A stretch of 29,448 nt of DNA from Octopus sinensis. Lineage: Eukaryota. The notes beneath the pieces are model-generated. The model was given only the letters and a program-made list of their open reading frames with translations, was not told the origin of the DNA and ran no database searches. The position numbers and the translations under genes are program-made. Of the stretch, positions 1 through 11,086 are shown one piece after another. Positions within the stretch are counted from its first letter, which is position 1. Each line of letters begins with the position of its first letter. Location of the stretch: the NCBI RefSeq assembly GCF_006345805.1, contig NW_021832898.1, forward strand, positions 1 through 29,448. The letters are read 5' to 3'.

Positions 1-506
1 CTTCCTCCCCTCCTCCTCCTCCTCTCCCTCTCCCTTCCTGCTGCCTCAACGTTCTTCCCAACCTCCACTTTCTGCTCCGCCCCCTTTCTCTTATTCTTAC
101 ACATATTCCTTCATTCTCTTCCCTGCTTTTCTACTTTTGTCCCTTCAACTCAAAAGTCAACCTCTTCAAGCCACCCCTTAACAGCCCTTATTGCACCATA
201 AGCTTTTTCTAGTTTGACTGCTCTTTCCCGATACTCTTTCGCCAGTGCTCCTTGTAATAATACTCAGTTGCTCTCCTCTCCAATTCCATATATCTTATCT
301 TTTAATTAAGGAAGTCCTTATCTACCTCACATAATCATTGTATTTCAGTCGAGAAACCTTCAAGATACGATCGGTTTTTCCAATTATTTGCATATCATTG
401 ACTCTCAGACATAGAATCTCAGAATATCAGGCGCAGGTATTCGCTTTGCAATCACATTCTTTCCTGTTCGGTCACACTTCGCAGCAGCTTAGGCAAGCAT
501 CTGCTA

Positions 507-740
507 CAGGATGTTCAAAACGTTTCTTCGCAGCACGTATTTAATGGTTTCTCGAGCGATTCTTGTACACTCGTCCCTTACTTGCTCCCCATGAAAGTCT
601 GGTGGTGTTAAATGAGGTGATCTTGGTGGTCAAAATCCTTTCGAAATAATCTGTTCACCGAAAAACTCTTGAAGTAGCGCCATGGTGGGGCGCAGGATGA
701 AAAATAAATTCGCTGCTGAGAGGCATTTTGAAACACCCTG
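507..740 (-). mobile_element. Tc1/mariner internal-deletion derivative (MITE-like) with transposase remnant
   Basis: Imperfect TIRs CAGGATGTTCAAAA (507-520) and TTTTGAAACACCCTG (726-740), each flanked by TA (505-506, 741-742). Minus strand reads LQEFFGEQIISKGF*PPRSPHLTPPDF, matching the WPPRSPDL motif of Tc1/mariner transposases. Confidence 0.8.
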
Positions 741-984
741 TACTGTAACCCGGGGACGCCCCAATGCCTTGTGAGGGAATATGGTAGAGAGAAACTATCT
801 GTAGGCTAGTTGGACACACACTTACACACACCATTCTTAAGGATTCTGAAGGATCCGGGTTACTGACAGAAGTCGGCGGAACTGTAAGTCGCATCAAACC
901 GAATCAAACTGCTTTCAATAATAGTATATGTAACACATTCGAAAAGTGTGATCGACTCTTTCTTTCGTTCGTCCACTCCTCCGC

Positions 985-1160
985 ATATATGTCTGTATAT
1001 ATACATGTATATAATATATATATAATATACACACACACACACACACACACATATAATATATATATATATATATATATTATATTATATATATACATATGAG
1101 TGTGTGTGTGTGCGTGTGTGCGCGCGCGTGTGTGTGTGTGCCTGTGTATAACGCGCACAT
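985..1160. repeat. compound (TA)/(CA)/(TG)/(CG) microsatellite
   Basis: Visible dinucleotide runs. Confidence 0.95.
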
Positions 1161-1465
1161 CCATGTGCGAATATGATTTTGCATATTTCCAAAGATAATA
1201 TGAATTCGTTAAAGAAACTATTCTCATTTGGAGTCGTAATTAAAATGCAAATTATTGATTTTATTTTCTGTTTTTCTATTTTCATTTGCCTTTTAGCCAA
1301 AAAAAAGGAAAAAAATTAAAAAAAGAAATAACTGAAAAGGAAAGAGAAAGAAATTCATTTTAGTGGCTCACTTAAATTCCATTAATTATGTTAAATATTT
1401 GAATATATATTTGATTTTTGATTTTAATTTTTTCCGATTAGTTTCAGTCCACGTAGCAAATTTCA

Positions 1466-1684
1466 AAACACACACATACACACACACACACACACACATA
1501 CACACTCATACACACACAAACACACACACTCACACACAAGCACATACACACACAGTTGTATATATATATATATATCAGCGTGTTCGTGTCTGCGTGTACA
1601 TATGTATACATACATATATATAATACATACACCAAACACACATGCACATACACACACACATATGTATGTATGTATATACATTAT

Positions 1685-1717
<33 letters not shown>

Positions 1718-1740
1718 ATATATATATGCACACATACATC
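1466..1740. repeat. compound (CA)n/(TA)n microsatellite
   Basis: Visible dinucleotide runs. Confidence 0.95.
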
Positions 1741-2169
1741 AGCGTTTCCTACTTCTCAGTAGCGATTTTCTAAAATTGCTATTAATGAAAATTTTGATTA
1801 AAATAATGTTTTAATTTACATAATTTTTCCTCGGTGGTTCAACAAAATAGTTAAAACACAACAAATGGTTTCTGTTAAATCCAATTTGTTGTGTTAGAAC
1901 TGTTGAAGCGAATCTATGGCTTCACTGATTTCTAACAGAACTCAGCTTCGATGCAGGGCTTTTCCAATTTAGCATTACGTTCGTTAAATGTAGCATAGCT
2001 TGCTCCACCTCGATCTGCCTGTCCACAACTTGTTACCCTGAAGAAAGGTGATTGATAGGAACAGCTGGGTCATAAAGTGGAGCACTTTAATACAGACAGG
2101 ACAATAAGCATATTTCGTTATCGTGGACAAGCAGAAAATGTTTCAACACATTGTCATTCATCCATCCAT

Positions 2170-2365
2170 TTTCTGCACTGACTATTCCTAGTTGGGTCAT
2201 CAGGTGGATTCTCCATGGCATTCTATCAGAAGTACTTATGATTAGACTTCTCTGCTGGATCCCTAAGCGTTTCCAACAGAAAATATGGACATTATCTGCT
2301 CATCTTATTCTTGGTCTGTTCCTAAGTCTTCCAGCTGTTGGCTTGGCAAGGAAAATCCATCTTTT
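2170..2365 (-). mobile_element. RTE-type LINE 3' coding remnant
   Basis: Minus strand RWIFLAKPTAGRLRNRPRIR*ADNVHIFCWKRLGIQQRSLIISTSDRMPWR fits the RTE C-terminal pattern G.RPR.RW.D....DR..WR, with a stop replacing W. Confidence 0.65.
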
Positions 2366-2380
2366 GATACATTCCTACGG

Positions 2381-2535
2381 TACATTATTTACATTATTTA
2401 CATTCGACGGATATTTGTCCTCATCTTGTTTGTTGCTAACACAAGGTTTCGGCTGATATACCCTCCATCCTTCATTAGGTGTCTTGGGGAGATTTTGAAC
2501 CTGGGTTCTCATTCCTAAGGTATTTTTCGATGTTC
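2381..2535 (-). mobile_element. Penelope-like pLTR-type repeat, family C, with degenerate hammerhead (2438-2483)
   Basis: Minus strand GACAC-CTAATGA-AGGATG..CAGCC-GAA-ACCT-T-GTGTT; inverted homolog at 4051-4190; abuts a (TAA)n tract. Confidence 0.65.
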
Positions 2536-2569
2536 GAGTTCGATTCTAGGCAGTGACCTGAATAATAAT

Positions 2570-2680
2570 AAAAATAAAAGTAAAAATGATGATGGTAATA
2601 ATATTAATGATGATAATGATGATGATGATGATGATGACGATGATGATGATGATGATAATAGTAATAATAATAATAATAAT
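2570..2680. repeat. (TAA)n/(TGA)n microsatellite
   Basis: Visible trinucleotide runs. Confidence 0.95.
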
Positions 2681-3550
2681 ATCTGCCAAGAAAAGAGGGT
2701 GGCCGTGGACTTTTACAACTGAAATTAACAATGAAGACTGCCTGAAAAACTCTGAGGACTGGATGTTAAAACTTGTCTCAAAACATGAAAACAAGAAAGC
2801 ATCATACTCAGTAACAAAACAGGCAAAGGAATATCTAAGGGAATTCCGAATACAACAAATTTCGGAATTAGACATATAAGAAACAAGCACAGAAAAAGCT
2901 AAGCGCATGAAAACCAGTGCTAAAACTGCTGCCTTAGATATTCTGAATGATAAATGGCAAGAAAATCCTCTGAATGGCAAAACCCCAAAGAGAGTGAATA
3001 ATGTAGATGTTGACAAAGCCCTGACCCATCAATGGCTAATGGCCTCTGGCTAGGCGTCATATTGAAAGACTTCAGATAAAAAACATGCCTCCTCATTGAT
3101 ATGACTGTCCCAATCGATATAAGCGTATCTGTCAAGACCTACCAGAAACTGAGCTAATATAAAAATCTTCAAATAGAAATCAAAAAAATGTGGAACCTGA
3201 AAACTAAAACAATAACTGTTGTATGTGCCCTGGGAATGATAGCAAAAGGGGCTGACTGCTATCTAACTCAGATACCAGGAAACCCCAAAATGGCAGAAAT
3301 TCAAAAGATAGTGCTCATGGGAACTGCTCATATCCTACGCAAAATACTTTCTATGTAATCTTAAGTTTTAAAACAAACATAATTTTCGTATGGTCTTTTA
3401 GGCATTCACTAGTACAACACTAAGTACAAAACCAAATATAGAGAACCCTAGGTATAACACCAACCCGAACTTCCAACCTGTTGTCTCTTGAGGTCTCTGG
3501 GTGAGACTTGGAGCCAGCTTGTGCAAATGTAAAGCAAAAGTCAAACATAG
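2680..3550 (+). mobile_element. R4/Dong-type RLE non-LTR retrotransposon, 5'-truncated and internally deleted
   Basis: Post-RT region (..LKNSEDWMLKLVSKHE..KWQENPLNG..THQWL) joined to KTCLLIDMTVPID...YK.LQIEIKKMWNLKT...ALGMI...GTAHILRKILSM* (stop 3356-3358). Has in-frame stops; the 3' UTR ends in (TAA)n. Confidence 0.85.
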
Positions 3551-3551
3551 A

Positions 3552-3575
3552 ATAATAATAATAATAATAATAATA

Positions 3576-3607
<32 letters not shown>

Positions 3608-3662
3608 GTAATAATAATAATACCCCAGTGTCACTTTGATGGCATGAACTGCTCTCTCACTC

Positions 3663-3708
<46 letters not shown>
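3552..3708. repeat. (TAA)n tracts interrupted by a 41-bp unique insert (3622-3662)
   Basis: Visible repeats; insert ACCCCAGTGTCACTTTGATGGCATGAACTGCTCTCTCACTC. Confidence 0.9.
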
Positions 3709-3993
3709 GAGGTAACCAGAATGTGGAATCTAAAAACAGAAACAATTCCTATCATAGTAGGTGCATTAGGCATGATAAAAAATATTCAGACAAATACATA
3801 ACAAAAACACCAGGACTTACAAACACATATAACATACAGAAAATTGCACTACTAGGCACTGCACACATCCTACGCAGAACGCTTTCCATACAATAACCAT
3901 CAGAGCATCACAACAAATCACAGCACATACCCAAGGCACACAGAGCTGCGCTCGGTAGTGAAGTGAAAGCACGCTATAAAAATAAAACTACTG
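3709..3993 (+). mobile_element. second R4/Dong-type element, 3' end only
   Basis: EVTRMWNLKTETIPIIVGALGMIK(fs)YSDKYITKTPGLTNTYNIQKIALLGTAHILRRTLSIQ* (stop 3894-3896); its 3' UTR differs from the first copy; (TAA)n on both sides. Confidence 0.85.
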
Positions 3994-4015
3994 AATAATA
4001 ATAATAATGATAATC

Positions 4016-4050
<35 letters not shown>

Positions 4051-4054
<4 letters not shown>

Positions 4055-4190
4055 CAACATCGAAAAATACCTTAGGAATATTAGCCGAAAAGTTGTGTTA
4101 ACAACAAACAAGATGAGGACAGATATCCGTCAAATGTAAATGATGTAAATAATGTACATAATTCCTCATCTTTTAAATATATAGCACTGC
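4051..4190 (+). mobile_element. family C pLTR-type repeat, internally deleted (5' half of hammerhead lost)
   Basis: Reverse complement of 2381-2535 (ACATCGAAAAATACCTTAGGAAT.. ..AGCCGAAAAGTTGTGTTAACAACAAACAAGATGAGGAC), with roughly 50 bp deleted. Confidence 0.75.
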
Positions 4191-4639
4191 ATTCGTACGG
4201 TGTTCTAATTTCGTGTCCGTAGTAAGGGAATTGTGACTCCTCACTACGGAGAAGTGGTAGCCTGGCCTGGAGAAATTGCTTGATCTCTACGAACTGTACA
4301 CCCTGTTGAGTAGCACTACTCTAGAGATCCTTCGGAGAAAGGCGTTTTCCAAGGAACGCCTATTCGACATCCTTGTTAATAATCAAAGAAATGCAAAAAC
4401 AATGCAAAACAAAAATAGAATGGCCTTTCAAAACTGGGGCAGATGGGTGCAAAGTACGAAAATAAATTAGGGTATCACTGTGTTATTGATCCTCCTCCTC
4501 CTCCTCCTTATCATCATCACCATCATTATCATTATTATTGTTTTGAGTCTAAGGACACAGAACCGGTTATTCGCTTTTTGTGTGACGTACGAGTGACTGA
4601 GGTCAAAAGTTTGACCCTAAATGCCACGCCCGCATCCAT

Positions 4640-4775
4640 TGGGTTTGCTCATTTACAGCTGAGTGGAATGATGGCAGAGCGAAATGAATTGCTTTGCTGA
4701 AGAACACAACGCCTGCTCCGTGGATCTAAGACACTATCTTGCGATTCTGAGTGCAATGGCCTAACCAATGAACCT
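4640..4775 (-). mobile_element. degenerate tRNA-derived SINE (core shared with 22094-22410)
   Basis: CAGCTGAGTGGA..GAAATGAATTGCTTTGCTGAAGAACACAAC..CTAACCA matches the reverse complement of the SINE head and core at 22094-22230. Confidence 0.6.
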
Positions 4776-4834
4776 AAATTTATCCAATCGACAATAAATA
4801 TAGATAGATAGACAGATATAGATATAGATATATG

Positions 4835-4920
4835 ATTGTCCGCTAGCTCCAAAAGTTCTCTTTTTTTTATTTTCGCTCTGTTTATGTCCTCGTTTTCCTT
4901 TCTGCTAAAGAGCGTAGATC
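4835..4920 (+). mobile_element. family A pLTR-type repeat, truncated
   Basis: CTCTGTTTATGTCCTCGTTTTCCTTTCTGCTAAAGAGCGTAG matches 25511-25553; breaks off after stem II. Confidence 0.7.
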
Positions 4921-5877
4921 ACAAATTTTATCCCCCATCGTATCCTTTATTAAGGAAGACAGGTTGATAAGTGATATTCGAGGGAAATTTGGCTGCTATT
5001 TCTAGCGACCATGAAGAAAGTGTTACGTTGGATCGACACTGCGTCAAATTTAATTAAAAGTAATAAATGTTAGATCTCATAAAAATCATGTCCTTCTGGG
5101 ATAAAGAATTACCTCCCGGTGCATTAATTTTGGCAAGATGTTTTCAGTTTGTATTATTCATAAAATTACGTGGATATTTCTCCCAAATTTACCGAACAAA
5201 GACAATTTATACATCAAATTTACGAAATCAAGCGAAATCGCAAAATGGCTGCTGCCGAAAGATATATTCTCGCACAGTAACACACATATTCACACACATC
5301 ACGCACAAATACACACACACACGCATTTCTTTATACACACACTCATATATATATATATAGAAAATTCATAGATACACATACACATTATAGAGACACACAC
5401 ATATATACACAGAACATTTATAGACACACACACATTCTTTTATATGCATAGGCATATGTATATAAAATATTTATAAAAACATACACACTTCTATATATAA
5501 AAACATATATAGACTATTTAAATTCACACATACGTCTTTACATACATACATACATACATACATGTGTGAGAAAAGCTCTCATGCACATTGGGTATATAAG
5601 CAAGGTGTGTATAAACGTCTCATAACTTTATATGCTTCTCAGTACACGTTCTTGTATGTATATGCAAGAGGTGTAGATTTAATGAACGATTTTTAATAAT
5701 TTGTTTATTCATGCGCAGACATACAAGCATACGCGTACATACATACATACTTAACATTTACCATACGCTTAACTTACAAACAAACACGCACACATATATA
5801 CGGATATGCAGCATACCCTGAGTGTATACCTAGATGTACGAATGCTTTTCTTGAGTTTACAGCTCATAATTTGTATA

Positions 5878-5962
5878 TTCCTGAGCGTCAAATAATACTT
5901 TAATTGTTCCACGTCCTCGCGTTGCTGTGTTTTTTTCTGTGTTTTCTTGTTTGGATTAACTA
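5878..5962 (+). mobile_element. family B pLTR-type repeat, 3' part
   Basis: CCTGAGCGTCAAATAATAC..GTTCCACGTCCTCGCGTTG..GTTTGGATTAACTA then (TA)n; matches 13030-13122. Confidence 0.75.
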
Positions 5963-5983
5963 CATATATATATATATATATAG

Positions 5984-6033
<50 letters not shown>

Positions 6034-6075
6034 CACAATGCGCAGGCAAACACTGCAAACGCACACACACACACG
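5960..6075. repeat. (TA)n/(CA)n microsatellite
   Basis: Visible runs. Confidence 0.95.
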
Positions 6076-6469
6076 CGCGCAAATGCTTATGTTTCGCGAA
6101 AATGATTGCATATTCTCAATTAGCACACGCATCATTTAATCAGAAAATTACCCTTAATGGTAATGTAGACCCGCAGATTTATGTTGAAGCTGTTTTCAGA
6201 AATTCTATTGTACAATTTAATATATATTTCTATTCAAAGCCGAAAACCATTAATTTGCATTATCGTAATTGTAACAAATATCCCATCATGGATTTTTAAT
6301 AATAATATTTGTGGTTTAAGCATCATGGAGTGTCTTTTCCTTCATTTTCTCTTTCATTCATCCTTCACTTGAGGCTGCGGACATGTTAGAGCAGTATCTT
6401 CTCTATGTTATTTATTCGTTTCGGGTATAGTGTAAACTTGCTCGGACATCATAGTTTATCGAACCGCTG

Positions 6470-6498
6470 TATATATATATATATATATTATATATATA

Positions 6499-6548
<50 letters not shown>

Positions 6549-6572
6549 ATATATATATAATATATATATACA
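6470..6572. repeat. (TA)n microsatellite
   Basis: Visible run. Confidence 0.95.
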
Positions 6573-6744
6573 TAAGTATGGTGATGTGAACAGGCAAAAT
6601 ATAACTCAAAACATGAATATATCTATTTTTTATTAATATTTAAGCAACGCACGAAACTCTCGGACCGTGAGCCCCTCTTGTGCCGCCGCTCAATATATCT
6701 ATCTATCTATCTATCCAACTATCTATCTCTCTTTTCTCTTTTTC

Positions 6745-7146
6745 TCTTTTACTTATTTCAGTCATTTGACTGCGGCCATGCTGGAGCACCGCCTTTAGTC
6801 GAGCAAATCGACCCCGGGACTTATTCTTTGTAAGCCCAGTACTTATTCTATCGGTCTCTTTTGCCGAACCGCTAAGTGACGGGGACGTAAACACACCAGC
6901 ATCGGTTGTCAAGCTATGCTAGGGGGACAAACACAGACACACAAACATATACACACACACTTATATACATATATACATATATACGACAGGCTTCTTTCAG
7001 TTTCCGTCTACCAAATCCACTCACAAGGTATAGGTCGGCCCGGGGCTATAGCAGAAGACACTTGCTCAAGATGCCACGCAGTGGGACTTGAACCCGGAAC
7101 CATGTGGTTGGTTAGCAAGCTACTTACCACACAGCCACTCCTGCGC

Positions 7147-7147
<1 letters not shown>
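6745..7147 (-). mobile_element. full-length tRNA-derived SINE (family 2) with internal microsatellite linker
   Basis: Minus-strand head GGCGCAGGAGTGGCTGTGTGGTAAG (A-box-like) and GGTTCAAGTCCC (B-box-like); whole element matches 9160-9617; (CTAT)n on both sides. Confidence 0.85.
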
Positions 7148-7187
<40 letters not shown>

Positions 7188-7188
7188 A

Positions 7189-7256
<68 letters not shown>

Positions 7257-7267
7257 ATCTATCTATC

Positions 7268-7298
<31 letters not shown>

Positions 7299-7302
7299 AT
7301 AT
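7148..7302. repeat. (CTAT)n then (TA)n microsatellite
   Basis: Visible runs. Confidence 0.95.
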
Positions 7303-7656
7303 AACAAAACTGGGAGGAAAGGAAGTGGGACGAAACGACGAATCGAATCGATCCTGACGCGAACGCGCTGTCAGACAATAATGTAATAAATAAAATATAT
7401 GCATGCATACAAACATATATGTACGTACCTACATCTACATGTATATATACATGCATATATAAATATATATACGTGAGTACAGGACACTGCAACTAGACGT
7501 AGAACTCAACGAAAAATGATGAAAAGATGAAAAGTGAAGTCATCCTAGGTGGAAATTAAACTCACACATTAAAATTGAAGAAATGCTACTAAGGGTTTTG
7601 CTGGCGATTCTATCATCTCGCCGACTTAGCAAGAGTGATAATGTTGGTTTCAAAAA

Positions 7657-7880
7657 GAGCGGCGTGCTGGCAGAAACATTAGAATGCCGGGCGAAATGCT
7701 TAGCGGTATTTTGTCTGCCGTTACGTTCTGAGTTCAAATTCCACGGAGGTCGACGTTGCCTTTCATCCATTCTGGGTTGATAATCTAAGTACCAGTTGCG
7801 CACTGGGGTGGATTTAATGGACTGGCCCTCTACCCCAAACAAAATTTCGGGCCTTATGCCTAGAGTCTACTCAAAAATTA
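7657..7880 (+). mobile_element. tRNA-derived SINE (family 1)
   Basis: GCGGCGTGCTGGCAGAAAC..CGTTCTGAGTTCAAATTCC..GGTCGAC..AAGTACCAGTT; homologous to 24499-24660. Confidence 0.85.
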
Positions 7881-7886
7881 TTTATT

Positions 7887-8060
7887 TCAAACTTTGGCAC
7901 AAGGCCAGGAAGTTCAGGGAAGGAGGTAAGTCGATTAGCTCGACTCCAGTACTCAACTGGTACTTATCTAACCAGACGCGAAATGATGAACAGCAATGTT
8001 GACCTCGGTGGAACATATAAACGGATGAAATGCGGCTGAACATTTTCCCCAGTACGTTAA
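7887..8060 (-). mobile_element. SINE family 1, degenerate
   Basis: GGCACAAGGCCAG..AACTGGTACTTA..GACCTCGGTGGAA is the reverse complement of the family 1 body. Confidence 0.7.
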
Positions 8061-9159
8061 AGGTAAAGGTGAATATAACGATAGCAAATGCACCCTTACT
8101 TGGATACATAACTGTCACATTTTGAAGTGTAGGAAATTTCAAATCTAAGAACAAGAGGCTACTTCAAAGCATCTGAACAAAAGAAATACTACAAACGCTT
8201 AAACCTGCAAGGTGCGAGCGCAAATGTTGATTGTGTTAGATTTCTGTAAAAGATATTACACATGATCAGCAGGTGTACAGATTTCATTAAGGTGCTACAT
8301 GCCAATGCAGCGCATTTTATTGCTAAAACAACTAGCCATGCCGTTTCTATGGGAAACACCCTGGCGATAGATTAGAAGGAAAAAAATTATGTTAAACGTA
8401 TACCTGTATTTGAACACAAGGAATGTCGTTGGAGTTTTCACGTCGAGAAACAAAAGAACAATTATTGAGAATAAATCCCGGTAGACATTTACATTTATTA
8501 AAAAAATATGACAATTCAGCGAGATAGAATATTTATGGACGATTGCTTCTGAGTATAAAAAGAGTAATATAACGCACATAGTCCTATAAATACGTGTGTG
8601 TGTGTGTGTGTATAATCTTAGGTCCTGGTAGTGTATAAAGGTGGGGGGTTTCCAGAGAAGTACACAACCCGAATACTGGGCTATGAACATTGTCTTGTTC
8701 CAGACCAATGCCGAAATTCTTCAAGTGTAGAAAATCCTGGTTTTACGACGGTACCACCGTTATCTAGATTTGGCGAAGAGCAAATTATAATCCAAATAAT
8801 AAAACAAAAGAATTTTAAACACATCTTTAATATATTCGTTACGATTGCTTCTGCATCAACTCTGCTTGCAATACCAGCTTATGCACAAACGCGAAGTAAA
8901 AGTTCTACGTAATGGTTGCGGTTTTAGACATCAGAATGGCACTTCAGACTTGCATCGAAAGGTACACTCTTACATTATGCGTCTTCCAGGCATTGTTTTT
9001 TTTTTTGGCTTATATCGGGGGTGGGCGGTAGGGACAAAGAATAAATAAAAGTGTGGTTAGAAGATGTGTGAATTAGCAGAGAGATGATGTGGAGAGGACA
9101 AAGAGGAAGAATACGAAGAAGAAAAAAAATAGAGATTGTGTGTATGTCAGGATATTCGT

Positions 9160-9360
9160 TTATTCTTTTACTGGTTTCAGTCATTTGACTGCGGCTATGC
9201 TGGAGCACCGCCTTTAGTCGAGCAAATCGACCCCAGGACTTATTCTATCGGTCTCTTTTGCCTAACCATTAAGTTACGGGGACGAAAATACAACAGCTTC
9301 GGTTGTCAAGCGATGGTGAGGGAACAAACACAAACACACAAGCATACGCACACACACACA

Positions 9361-9400
<40 letters not shown>

Positions 9401-9617
9401 AACACACACACACACACTCACACATACACACAAACATATACGACGGGCTCCTTTCAGTTTCCGTCAACCAAATCCACTCACAAGGCTTTGGTCGGCCCGA
9501 GGCTATAGTAGACGACAGGTCCAAGGTGTCACCGGTCCAAGGTGTCACGCAGTGGGACTGAGCCCGGCACCATGTGGTTGGTAAGCAAGCTAATTATCAC
9601 ACAGTCACTCCTGCGCC
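9160..9617 (-). mobile_element. full-length SINE family 2 with expanded internal (CA)n and a 16-bp internal tandem duplication
   Basis: Matches 6745-7147; GGTCCAAGGTGTCAC occurs at 9518-9532 and 9534-9548. Confidence 0.85.
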
Positions 9618-9635
9618 TATATAGTATGTATGTAT

Positions 9636-10327
9636 AATTTTTGTTAGAGTTTTATTTAAGTTCTCCTTGAAAGGGTTCAAACAAAGCCCCTAACACTGCA
9701 ACAAGCCCTTTTAAGTTAAGAGCGTTCCCTGTGTTCGTAAATATGTGGTTGAGCTGGTGTGTTGGTTGAACTGTCGATGCAAACACCGAAGTCTATGCAT
9801 CTCTTCACATAAGATTCTCACATGGAGAATTTTTGGAACGTCTCACAAATCTCCGCTAGGCCACTAACAGATTGCATTTGGTGAGTCAGCATCAGTTTGT
9901 TTTGCTTTTGCCCCGTGAAACCGAATATTGCTAGGTTTTTGTGTTAAGTTGTTGGTACAGAACCTAATGCACCTTTGATGATAGTCACAAATGAGTCAGG
10001 CTACAAGAGCTGTAATTACCGCATTCATTCACCGTAAATGCTCTCACTTTCCTGGATTTTGAGTGTACATTCATATCTACTGGGCAGCTGACCTCTACAA
10101 CTATGCATGACAATTTTCCCATTTCACAGATCAATATTAGGTTCGTTATGTTTGCTTCGTTATGATGCTTTTATTAGGGTGTTCCACTATTATTCCTTGT
10201 TTATAAAGGTCTAAATACCAGCTGGTTCTGACAGGACTTTGATGTATTTGTCAAGGCAGTCCTTCTTGCGGATAGCATCGTAAATAATCTTTACAACTAT
10301 ATCAGGTTTCAGGGGCAAGTAGTATGA
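9636..10327 (-). mobile_element. RLE-type non-LTR retrotransposon 3' remnant (non-Dong family)
   Basis: Minus strand SYYLPLKPDIVVKIIYDAIRKKDC..WN..KHNEPNI..CIVVEVSCPVDMN..IIKGALGSVP..QSVSGLAEICETFQKFSM* (stop 9818-9820), with stops and frameshifts; the 3' end runs into CATACATAC on the element strand. Confidence 0.75.
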
Positions 10328-10334
10328 TTGATTG

Positions 10335-10385
10335 ATGGATTCTAGTTTCAGCTCATGAGCTGTGGCCATGCTGGGGCACCGCCAT
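10335..10385 (-). mobile_element. SINE family 2 tail fragment
   Basis: TTTCAGCTCATGAGCTGTGGCCATGCTGGGGCACCGCC resembles 6756-6793. Confidence 0.55.
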
Positions 10386-10780
10386 TTATATCTCACACAT
10401 CCATATGGAATTAAGTGCATCTGATTAAGTAGATGTGATTGTGCTCCGTATAAATCTTGTGCTATATATTTGTTATATATTTTAATATTTATCCATTATC
10501 TAAAGTGCCTATTATTCGTGAATTTGTATTAAACATTTACAAATTAAACTTTACAAATGATTCTTGACAAATATCTTGTTTTTCTTCTTTTACTCCATTT
10601 TTCGTTCTTGTATTGTAAAATTCTTACAGGATATATTATTTTCTACAATCATTTATAAAGCACTTATCAATTATTCGGCTTGTTTTCCGAATTAACTTCT
10701 CGTTATTTATTTTCAAGAATATCGCAATATATTTAATATAATAGTTTAGATGATATTTTAAGAACATAATATCGCTAATC

Positions 10781-10886
10781 GCTGGCATGGCTGTGTGGTA
10801 AGATGTATGCTTCCCAAAAATATAATTCTAGATTCAATCCGTAATGCGTAGCACATTGAGCAAGTATCTTCTACTATAGCTTCGGC
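10781..10886 (+). mobile_element. SINE family 2 head, degenerate
   Basis: GGCATGGCTGTGTGGTAAG..GAGCAAGTATCTTCTACTATAGC. Confidence 0.7.
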
Positions 10887-11086
10887 ATCCTCCACCCGAT
10901 TGCGCTCAAATTTGATATGTATATACCGACAGTATTAGGCGTGTATAAGTCTTGAAAAAAATTACAAAAATCGATTCCAGGTGAGAATGCGATCGATAAA
11001 GCCGTGAGAAATCGTTTTTCTTTGGAATAGAAAAAAAGTCTATCTTTATTTCTTATCTTGCTGGTGTCTCAAATTTAGGTTTAAAT

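Noticed and set aside
746-865. 9-bp inverted repeat GTAACCCGG / CCGGGTTAC
   Set aside because: Too short, with no TSD; compatible with chance.
5241-5280. CAAAATGGCTGC YY1-like motif / MAAAERYILAQ start
   Set aside because: The frame stops after 11 codons, the donor (CA|GTAACA) is weak and there is no other promoter evidence.
8631-8912. 93-aa ORF with a hydrophobic end, and an opposite-strand MCLKFFCFIIWIIICSS peptide
   Set aside because: No recognisable domain and no convincing splice sites on either strand.
10890-11030. Possible Helitron/DINE-like repeat (CCGATTGCGCTCAAATTTGATATG)
   Set aside because: Resemblance is from memory only; no termini or second copy in the window support it.
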